From Thiotrichaceae bacterium UBA7357 (GTDB lineage Bacteria; Pseudomonadota; Gammaproteobacteria; Eutrophobiales; Eutrophobiaceae): a stretch of DNA of 64,000 nucleotides. Within the stretch, counting starts at the first letter, position 1, and the number at the start of each line of letters is the position of its first letter. The stretch spans positions 47,651 to 111,650 of the forward strand of contig DKOR01000023.1 of assembly GCA_002470825.1 (NCBI GenBank), written 5' to 3'. The position numbers were made by a program, and so were the translations under genes. Below, piece by piece: positions 9,073 to 16,703 of this stretch. The notes beneath the pieces were generated by a model that searched no databases, was not told the origin of the DNA, and saw nothing but the letters and a program-made list of their open reading frames with translations.

Positions 9073-9683
9073 GTGAAGAAGTTGAGAATATAAAGAAGGG
9101 TAATAGAGTGACAATCATCTTGGTGGTAGTAATGTTTGTCAGTCCTCTGATCTTGTCCTGGTACGTTTTTAATTACAGTGATTTTATAGGAATGAGGGGT
9201 ATGTCAAACAAAGGCGACCTAGTTGTACCAACTAAATCTATACCTGATCTAGCATTGATAGACCCATTCAATGCAAAAAGAAAAGACAGCTTATATGGCG
9301 AATGGAATTTAGTTTATGTAGATGATTTTTGTGAAAAAACATGTATGGATAACATATATCTTATGCGCCAAGTTCATGCTTCTATGAACAAACATTCTTT
9401 GCGAGTTCAGAAAGTATTGTTGTTAACTGATCAATTAGTAGGTGAACTAAAAGAAAACTTGATCGAGTTCAAGGGCCAGCAATTTATAGATGTTGATTTG
9501 ATCAATGTAGACGCACTGTTAAATAAGTTTCGTTTAAAAGATGCGGACGATCCGGAAAACGCAGGACGTATTTATATTATTGATCCTCAGGGTAATTTAA
9601 TGATGAGCTATGCCCCTAATGTAAATCCAGGGGATATATATAAGGACTTAAAAAAATTATTACGTAGTTCTCGAATAGGTTGA
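9069..9683 (+). CDS. membrane-anchored SCO/thioredoxin-fold-like protein with a CxxxC motif
   Basis: ATG 9069 overlaps the SURF1 stop (ATGA). The track's upstream extension from 9003 lies inside SURF1. The N-terminus is KKGNR plus a TM helix, which predicts the C-terminal domain faces outward. GEWNLVYVDDFCEKTCMDNIYLM resembles the SCO1/SenC GxWxLxYFGxxxCPDxCP region, and IYIIDPQGNL resembles SCO YLIDPxG. Confidence 0.6.
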   Translation: MSEEVENIKKGNRVTIILVVVMFVSPLILSWYVFNYSDFIGMRGMSNKGDLVVPTKSIPDLALIDPFNAKRKDSLYGEWNLVYVDDFCEKTCMDNIYLMRQVHASMNKHSLRVQKVLLLTDQLVGELKENLIEFKGQQFIDVDLINVDALLNKFRLKDADDPENAGRIYIIDPQGNLMMSYAPNVNPGDIYKDLKKLLRSSRIG

Positions 9684-9684
9684 T

Positions 9685-10701
9685 TTGAGCATAATAAATA
9701 TGAATGATAATAAAATTACTCTAGCCCTTATACGTTTTGCATGTGTATTAACTTTTCTTGTTATAGTAATCGGCGCTTATACACGGTTATCTAATTCTGG
9801 GTTAGGCTGTCCTGATTGGCCAGGTTGCTATGGGAAGTTAATCGTTCCTGATAAAGTTGAAAATGTTAATGTAAATGAAGCATATCTTGGCCGACCTCTA
9901 GAATACACTAAAGCATGGATAGAAATGGTACATCGCTATGCGGCCAGCTCATTGGGCTTATTAATCCTTGTTATTGCTTTTATGTCATGGAGGAAATCAA
10001 CGTTATTGAAGATACGTTTATTTACATCTATATTGTTGTTATTAGTAATATTCCAAGGCATGTTAGGTATGTGGACAGTTACTCTTCTTTTGAAACCAGT
10101 TATTGTTTTATCTCATCTTCTAGGAGGGTTAACAATTCTCTCTTTGCTGTATTGGCTAGTATTAGAGCAACAGCCTGGTCAGGATACTGTGACAAAATCA
10201 GGTAATAGTAAGTTGTTACCCTCAGTGATTGTAGGCCTTTTTATTTTAGTTATACAAATCTCGCTGGGAGGTTGGACAAGTACAAACTACGCTGCATTAG
10301 CCTGTACTGATTTTCCAACTTGTCAGGATACTTGGTGGCCAGATATGGACTTCAAAGAAGGTTTTATTCTGTGGCGCGGCTTGGGTATTGATTATGAGGG
10401 TGGCGTACTTGACGGCAGTGCTAGAACAGCCATCCATATGACTCATCGTATAGGCGCGTTGATTACCTCTTTGATAATTATAACGATTGCTATTCGTGCA
10501 ATTAGGTCTGGAATGAAAAATATTAAAGTGACAGGCTGTGCGATTTTGGCATTATTAATAGTCCAAGTGTCTTTAGGCATCGCAAACATCAAGTTATATT
10601 TGCCGCTATCAGTAGCAGTGGCGCACAATGGGGTAGCTGCGTTATTATTGCTTTCTCTGGTGACATTACTTCACCAATGTTTGCTAGTTAAAAATCAATG
10701 A
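9685..10701 (+). CDS. ctaA: haem A synthase (COX15/CtaA)
   Basis: Multi-TM protein with Cys pairs CPDWPGC and CTDFPTC and conserved His residues (MVHRY, MTHRIG, VAHNG). TTG at 9685 or ATG at 9700 are possible starts. Confidence 0.85.
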   Translation: MSIINMNDNKITLALIRFACVLTFLVIVIGAYTRLSNSGLGCPDWPGCYGKLIVPDKVENVNVNEAYLGRPLEYTKAWIEMVHRYAASSLGLLILVIAFMSWRKSTLLKIRLFTSILLLLVIFQGMLGMWTVTLLLKPVIVLSHLLGGLTILSLLYWLVLEQQPGQDTVTKSGNSKLLPSVIVGLFILVIQISLGGWTSTNYAALACTDFPTCQDTWWPDMDFKEGFILWRGLGIDYEGGVLDGSARTAIHMTHRIGALITSLIIITIAIRAIRSGMKNIKVTGCAILALLIVQVSLGIANIKLYLPLSVAVAHNGVAALLLLSLVTLLHQCLLVKNQ

Positions 10702-11621
10702 GGAGTTCCCCTTTGGAAGATCAATCAGTTACAAACGCAATCGCTGTTAGTTGGCAAGACTACATTGCTCTTTGTAAGCTAAAGGTGGTGTCTCTTATCA
10801 TTTTTACAGCTGTCGTTGGTATGTTTTTGGCAACACCGGGTATGGTGCCCTGGGATGCTCTAATTTATGGCACTATTGGCATTGGTCTAGCTGCTTGTTC
10901 TGCCGCGGCTATTAATCATATAGTTGATCATAAAATTGATTCGGTGATGGCCCGAACCAATCGTCGACCACTACCGAAGGGCAAAGTCAGTCTTTTGAAT
11001 GCTATTATTTTTGCTTGGTTTCTAGGAACCATTTCCATGGCTATTTTAGCTTTTTTAGTTAATCCCCTTACCGCTGGATTAACGGCACTTTCGTTGATTG
11101 GTTACGGTTTTATTTATTCGATGTATCTAAAGAGAGCTACGCCTCAGAATATTGTTATTGGTGGTGCTGCTGGTGCTGCGCCACCTGTGTTAGGCTGGAC
11201 AGCTGTGACCGGCACATTAGACCCTAATTCATTATTATTATTTCTTATTATTTTTGCTTGGACGCCACCTCATTTTTGGGCCTTAGCTATTTATCGTCGA
11301 GATGAATATTCTAAAGTTAACATACCCATGCTACCCGTTACTCATGGGGTTGAGTTTACGCGACTACACATATTGTTATATACCATCATATTATTTATAG
11401 TAACCTTACTACCATATTTAGTTGGTATGTCTGGCGTGTTTTATCTCGTAGGCGCTATTCTTCTTGGTGCTGGATTTCTTTATTATGCTATTCGCATGCA
11501 GTTTGATCATGAAGATCGTTTAGCTATGCGAACTTTTTCTTTTTCTATTATTTATTTGATGTCTATGTTTACTGTCTTATTGATCGATCATTACATTCCC
11601 CTACTAGCGCTCATGTTATAA
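10698..11621 (+). CDS. cyoE: protohaem IX farnesyltransferase (haem O synthase)
   Basis: UbiA-family motif NHIVDHKIDSVMARTNRRPLP. Multi-TM. Overlaps ctaA by 4 nt. Confidence 0.9.
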   Translation: MRSSPLEDQSVTNAIAVSWQDYIALCKLKVVSLIIFTAVVGMFLATPGMVPWDALIYGTIGIGLAACSAAAINHIVDHKIDSVMARTNRRPLPKGKVSLLNAIIFAWFLGTISMAILAFLVNPLTAGLTALSLIGYGFIYSMYLKRATPQNIVIGGAAGAAPPVLGWTAVTGTLDPNSLLLFLIIFAWTPPHFWALAIYRRDEYSKVNIPMLPVTHGVEFTRLHILLYTIILFIVTLLPYLVGMSGVFYLVGAILLGAGFLYYAIRMQFDHEDRLAMRTFSFSIIYLMSMFTVLLIDHYIPLLALML

Positions 11622-11744
11622 GTGAATGTTATTTGAACTATAGAGGCCATTGTTTGTTAATGCATGCTATTTTGAAAAGATTATTTGAAAGGTCAGACGA
11701 TAATAGTCTATCTAGAATATACAGTTATTTTCGGAGGGGTTAAC

Positions 11745-12266
11745 ATGCGACGTAGACGATTTATTACGCAATTTAGTGGTCTCGCAGGCGGTCTCATGCT
11801 GTCAGGGACTAACCTTTTGGCACACCCTATTGATAATAATATTGATTTGAGTCACCTGAAAAAAAGCGATGATAAGTGGAAAAAGCTAGTATCGGATAAA
11901 GAGTTCGATATTCTATTTGACGAAGCTACCGAGCCTCCTGGTTCAAGCGAATTAAATCACATAAAAGAAGATGGTACTTTTATATGTACTGCTTGTTATC
12001 TCCCATTGTTTGAATTTGAAAAAAAGTATGAGAGTGGTACTGGCTGGCCTAGTTTTTATGATGTTATTGCGGGACGTATAGGTACTAAGCTTGACATTAA
12101 ATTGATTTGGCCGCGAAAAGAATATCATTGTATTCGTTGCGGTGGGCATCAAGGCCATGTCTTTAGCGATGGACCGATCAACACCACCGGATTACGTTAT
12201 TGTAATAATGGTCTAGCATTAAAATTTATTCCAGTCGGTAGAGTATTACCAGAGCTACGAGGCTAA
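11745..12266 (+). CDS. msrB: peptide-methionine (R)-S-oxide reductase MsrB with twin-arginine signal peptide
   Basis: ATG 11745 lies 7 nt after ggagggg. N-terminus is MRRRRFITQFSGLAGGLMLSGTNLLAHP (RRxF Tat motif plus h-region). SelR domain with zinc CxxC pairs (CTAC, CIRC), HQGHVF and the catalytic RYCNNG. Confidence 0.85.
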   Translation: MRRRRFITQFSGLAGGLMLSGTNLLAHPIDNNIDLSHLKKSDDKWKKLVSDKEFDILFDEATEPPGSSELNHIKEDGTFICTACYLPLFEFEKKYESGTGWPSFYDVIAGRIGTKLDIKLIWPRKEYHCIRCGGHQGHVFSDGPINTTGLRYCNNGLALKFIPVGRVLPELRG

Positions 12267-12268
12267 CT

Positions 12269-12853
12269 ATGTTTCGAATTATTCTAGGCGTTTTGTTATG
12301 TAGCATGTGTTTATCTTCGTTTGCTAAAAATAATCTTGCCATTTTTGCGGGAGGTTGTTTTTGGTGCATGGAGGGCCCCTTCGACAAGCTCGATGGAGTT
12401 ATCAGTTCAACGTCTGGCTATACTGGAGGGCATACTGAAAATCCAACATATGAAAGTAGTTCAACAGGCACGACAGGGCATTATGAAGCAGTTCAAATTG
12501 AGTATGACTCAACAATAGTAAGCTATGAAGAATTATTGGATGTTTATTGGAAAAATATTGATCCATTTGATGCACATGGACAATTTTGTGATAAAGGGTC
12601 ACATTACCGTGCAGCAATATTTATAATGAACGAGGAGGAAAAAAGATTAGCGTTTAAAAGTAGAGAGACGTTACAAGATAAATTAAAGAATAAGATTGTA
12701 ACAGAAATTCTGTCAGCTAAGCAGTTCTATGCTGCAGAAGATTATCATCAGGATTATTACAAAAAGAATCCAATACGCTATAAATACTACCGCTACGGAT
12801 GTAATAGAGACAAAAGATTGAAACAAATAGAAGAATTAGTCAAGTCAAAATAA
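12269..12853 (+). CDS. msrA: peptide-methionine (S)-S-oxide reductase MsrA with Sec-type signal peptide
   Basis: N-terminus is MFRIILGVLLCSMCLSSFA followed by the catalytic GGCFWCMEG. The GHYEAVQIEYD and YHQDYY motifs are present. It starts 2 nt after the msrB stop. Confidence 0.88.
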   Translation: MFRIILGVLLCSMCLSSFAKNNLAIFAGGCFWCMEGPFDKLDGVISSTSGYTGGHTENPTYESSSTGTTGHYEAVQIEYDSTIVSYEELLDVYWKNIDPFDAHGQFCDKGSHYRAAIFIMNEEEKRLAFKSRETLQDKLKNKIVTEILSAKQFYAAEDYHQDYYKKNPIRYKYYRYGCNRDKRLKQIEELVKSK

Positions 12854-13079
12854 TTATTCAACGCAGATCGTTTAACAGTTATAGTTAAGTATCTGACCTT
12901 TAGGTTTATTTGTAAAATAGTTTGTTTGGACTGGTTGTGATTGATTATGACTATAGCCTAGTTTCACCATCATTTTACTAAAAAAGTAAGCTGTCCTTGA
13001 CTTCGATTGGCGATGATTACGTTACGATTTATTTTAGAATATTAATTTACAATTTTAGATAATGCGACTTGCATGCCCA

Positions 13080-13447
13080 TCATTCATATAATGAATAGTT
13101 ATCTATGATAAGAATAAGCTCACTTAGTGCACTAAGACCATCAGACCAATTAGTTTGAACGAGAGGTATTGCTTTGTCTTCAATTAAGGCAACATCCTTT
13201 TTAAGAAAACTTTCTACTTCTGGATGATAGTCTGTCGCAGTAATATTAACATTAAACTAATGAGTTCTATGCCACAGCCAACTCCTAGAATAAGTTTGTT
13301 TTTGGTAACGTAGTCAAACATGCAGTGAGCTGATGCTTCGCTAAAAGGCCAAACAATCACTACTTTGCTGAAGAAATGTCGAGATTTTAACAATATCACC
13401 AACATCAAGAAATTCTTGTTTACCGAGTAAGGTTCTTCTATGGACAT
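13080..13447 (-). pseudogene. decayed class I SAM-dependent methyltransferase (Methyltransf_16/lysine-MTase-like)
   Basis: Track ORF 13214..13447 encodes ...VWPFSEASAHCMFDYVTKNKLILGVGCGIELISL (motif I). A second frame continues FNVNITATDYHPEVESFLKKDVALIEDKAIPLVQTNWSDGLSALSELILIIDNYSLYE and stops at 13080. The motif I to ATD spacing is about 5 residues short, which suggests a deletion with a frameshift, and the C-terminal third is missing. Confidence 0.5.
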
Positions 13448-13599
13448 TTATTATACTCAGTTGTTTAATAACTGATACCAATCTCAGACATATGTATTTA
13501 CTAGTATAGAAACCAAGCAATCATTAAATCCATTACATCCAACTCGTACTCTATATTAATCAGTAAGTAGATTATCGTAATATATTTTTTTATTGAGTT

Positions 13600-14067
13600 T
13601 TATTGGTGAAGCCAGCTTTCAAACATAGCTGCTTGTCCATAATAAGCTCCTGAATCATCGATAATATTCCAGATAATTGCACCCTGTATTAAAAAACGTC
13701 TGCCACTAGAGGAGAGTCTTATGCCGGAATAATTATCTAAAAAACCATCTTTTGCTACTTGTTGTATTAATTTTTCTCGTTCTACTTGATTTATTATTTC
13801 TACAGACTCCTTCGAAGGCATTTTGATAAAGCTCTTCCAATCAAGTTCAAAAAGATCGAGTGCCATTTCATTCCCGAAGTTAAAGATAGCGGTGTCTTCG
13901 AGACCATGTGAAACAACAACAAAAGGTGCATTGTATAAAGTTAAAATAAAATCATTATCATTTTTTTGAGTAGGTATAAGCTGCTTCCCGGTCCAGTATA
14001 AATAACTGGAACAGAGAAGTTGGCCATGTTTAATATAAACATCTGTAGAGAGCTCATGATGAATCAT
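13600..14067 (-). CDS. MEKHLA domain-containing protein
   Basis: 155 aa. FNFGNEMALDLFELDW...PSKESVE...EREKLIQQVAKDGFLDNYSGIRLSSSGRRFLIQGAIIWNIIDDSGAYYGQAAMF matches the signature I recall for stand-alone bacterial MEKHLA (PAS-like) proteins. Confidence 0.6.
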   Translation of the reverse strand: MIHHELSTDVYIKHGQLLCSSYLYWTGKQLIPTQKNDNDFILTLYNAPFVVVSHGLEDTAIFNFGNEMALDLFELDWKSFIKMPSKESVEIINQVEREKLIQQVAKDGFLDNYSGIRLSSSGRRFLIQGAIIWNIIDDSGAYYGQAAMFESWLHQ

Positions 14068-14319
14068 TTTAGCATTTCATCTTGCTGAGCTGAGTTTGAT
14101 ACTTAAATTAAAAAAAGTTTTCCTTTTAAGTATAGGCATCCACTTTTTAGATATAGTTAAAAAAGTTCATTAGTTTATTTCAACACGACGCCAATGATCA
14201 TTATATGAGATTAGTATTCTATTAATCATCCTGATGTTTATTTGACTAGCTACTCAGCGATTGCTACAGGTTTTTATGAGTAAAAAAAGAAGTTTGCTAA
14301 ATAATTTTTATATTAAATC

Positions 14320-14967
14320 TTAACCTGTAATAACTGAATCAAATGTTTCTTTATATGAGCCATGCATCTTCGTGTAAAAAGGCAAGTCTGTTAGTTTGCT
14401 AGCCCATTTGGCAACATTTGGATAATCAGAAATATCAATATCGATAACCTCAAACGGGTCAACGGTGGCAAGCAGAGCAATATCAGCTATCGTCATGTTA
14501 TCATCAACGAGGTAAGGGGTTGTTCCTAATTGTTTCTCGATAATAGTCATAAAACGTTTTAAAAAAACATACCCCTCTTCCATGGATTTTTTATCGGCCT
14601 CTGCATTGATTAGACCAGCAACAATTTTATTAAAAAATACTTTTATTAAACTATTGTTAAGATGTGCATTGATGAAATCTAACCATTTATCAACATGTGC
14701 TTGTTTAATAATGTCTTTAGGATAAAAGTCAGACTCATGCTTACGGCAAAGATATTTCATAATGGCATTGCTTTCAAATAAATAAAAACCATCATCATCA
14801 ATTGCTGGGATCTTTCCCGATGGGTTAATCTTTAGGTATACATCAGTTTGAGTTTCGCCGACAAGTGGGTTTATTATTATGAATTCGTGATTCAAACCAA
14901 TTGCATTCAAACACATTCGTACTCTATTTGTTGGAAAAGACAAACCCATTCCGTATACTTTAATCAC
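14320..14967 (-). CDS. glutathione S-transferase
   Basis: N-terminal thioredoxin-like GST domain (INPSGKIPAIDDDGFYLFESNAIMKYL) and a helical C-terminal domain. 215 aa. Confidence 0.8.
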   Translation of the reverse strand: MIKVYGMGLSFPTNRVRMCLNAIGLNHEFIIINPLVGETQTDVYLKINPSGKIPAIDDDGFYLFESNAIMKYLCRKHESDFYPKDIIKQAHVDKWLDFINAHLNNSLIKVFFNKIVAGLINAEADKKSMEEGYVFLKRFMTIIEKQLGTTPYLVDDNMTIADIALLATVDPFEVIDIDISDYPNVAKWASKLTDLPFYTKMHGSYKETFDSVITG

Positions 14968-15225
14968 TACATTTTTCCTTAGTTTTTATTAATATGTTTT
15001 TATAAGGTTTATAGTAGTATTAATCATTTATAAAATAAAGACACTCTAGAAATATAGTATTCACACAGTCACTAGGACATGGATTTAGTTATCTCTGCCC
15101 ACTTTTTATTCAAGATTAAAACTTCATAGGTGCGTTGGAGAATCTATTTAATATTACTTTTCTCATAATTTATTTTGTTTCAGCTATATGTTACAAATAC
15201 ATAATTCTTTATAAAGACGGTAACA

Positions 15226-15675
15226 TCACCCATGCATACCGTCTCGCCACACATTTTCTGGTTTTTCTATAGGTTCTATATCAAGATTTACAACAATAGC
15301 TTGTTGTCCGCTACGCATTAAAACACATTCCAGAGAAGTGTCGTTTCCAGCATTAATCTCCTGATGCGGCACATATGGTGGGACATAAATAAAATCACCA
15401 GGTCCAGCTTCCGCTGTATATTCTAGCTTTTCACCCCAACGCATGCGGGCTAAACCAGTAATGACATAAATAACACTTTCTACTTCCCCATGGTGATGCG
15501 CGCCAGTCTTCGTGTTAGGTGAAATAGATACGGTTCCTGCCCATATTTTTGAAGCGCCAACTGTTGCAGCGCTTATTGCTTCAGACCGTTTCATACCTGT
15601 TGTCTGAGCTGTATCCGAACTTAATTCACCCGCCCGTACGACACGCACCCCATCAGTTCGCCAATTAGTTGACAT
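15226..15675 (-). CDS. cupin domain protein
   Basis: Cupin motifs GAHHHGEVESVIYVITG and GDFIYVPPYVPHQEIN. The ORF looks GC-richer than its flanks by eye. Confidence 0.7.
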   Translation of the reverse strand: MSTNWRTDGVRVVRAGELSSDTAQTTGMKRSEAISAATVGASKIWAGTVSISPNTKTGAHHHGEVESVIYVITGLARMRWGEKLEYTAEAGPGDFIYVPPYVPHQEINAGNDTSLECVLMRSGQQAIVVNLDIEPIEKPENVWRDGMHG

Positions 15676-15726
15676 AATTTATCTCCAATAACTGACACCT
15701 ATATGAGTGTGATGAAAGTTTAATAT

Positions 15727-15873
15727 TTAATGACAGTGAATTCGTCCGGACTTAAAGTCTTTGTAACAAGCATGATCATTTGTATCACCCGAGTGTGAGA
15801 AGACTACAGGGTTTATTCCGATGACGAATAATAAAATAATGAGAAATTTATTTAAAAGTATTTTCTTTGCCAT
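15727..15873 (-). CDS. 48-aa secreted peptide, YHYH-domain-like (not in the ORF track)
   Basis: Reverse strand: aggtga RBS, 8-nt spacer, then an ATG whose complement is at 15871..15873. Product is MAKKILLNKFLIILLFVIGINPVVFS-HSGDTNDHACYKDFKSGRIHCH, with the stop at 15727..15729. The mature part resembles the HSGxTDxxGCHxxxxxGxYHCH pattern I recall for the YHYH family. It lies 51 nt upstream of the cupin gene on the same strand. Confidence 0.45.
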   Translation of the reverse strand: MAKKILLNKFLIILLFVIGINPVVFSHSGDTNDHACYKDFKSGRIHCH

Positions 15874-16703
15874 ATTAAAATAATCACCTATATAATTAAT
15901 TATTTAGATTCTAACTTCGCTTTGATAATACAATGCTAGCACATAATTCATCAGCAAATTATAAGTAGGCAGTTTTTAATATTCATCATAAATGGTCCGA
16001 GAAAGTTATAGTTTTTAACATTCTGAGCCTTACTTCTTGATAAATTAAAAAATCTTCTTTCGACGAGCCTCCGGATGAATATAATTATATTATGAAATAA
16101 TTTAGCTATAGTATTATATGGATGCTATATATTTAAAATACCTGACAACATAATGACAGTTTTATTGCTTTTGACGATGACGCTTTAAACCAATTTATCG
16201 TTTACAGAATTCGTAAACCCCATATTACAAAACTGAGTTTATTCAGAAACATACCAAGAGTCAAAGTTAAGCTCACTCACTATCAACGCCGTTAATATAG
16301 TGTCTAAACTATCTCTAGTTATGAAAATGAAATTCGCTATATTATCCAAACAAGAAATTTTTCTCTGTGTTCTAGCAATTAATATATGCACTTAATTTAT
16401 TGATGAAACAAAATTCTTCATATTAGGAGCAATTGAAATTATGTTCTTATTAAGATAAAAAAACAGCTTGGTAGATTAAACATTATCTTTACGTTAACTA
16501 ACAGATGTTACTGATATTAAGATTAAGAATATTAAATTAATACAGTATTTTGTATATAAATTTAATACTCAGTTGCTACATTCCGGTTAAATAAATATTC
16601 TATGCGGTTTTTTCTCTCACTTTTAGAGTTGAGTAGTGTGTCAAAAAAGCGTTCCTAAATTAAGCTAGTTGCCTATTTAATAGTTTTCTTTGAAGATATT
16701 ATT

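Noticed and set aside
16321-16395. 24-codon ORF MKMKFAILSKQEIFLCVLAINICT in the long AT-rich gap
   Set aside because: There is no RBS. It is short and of chance length for AT-rich DNA, with no recognisable motif.
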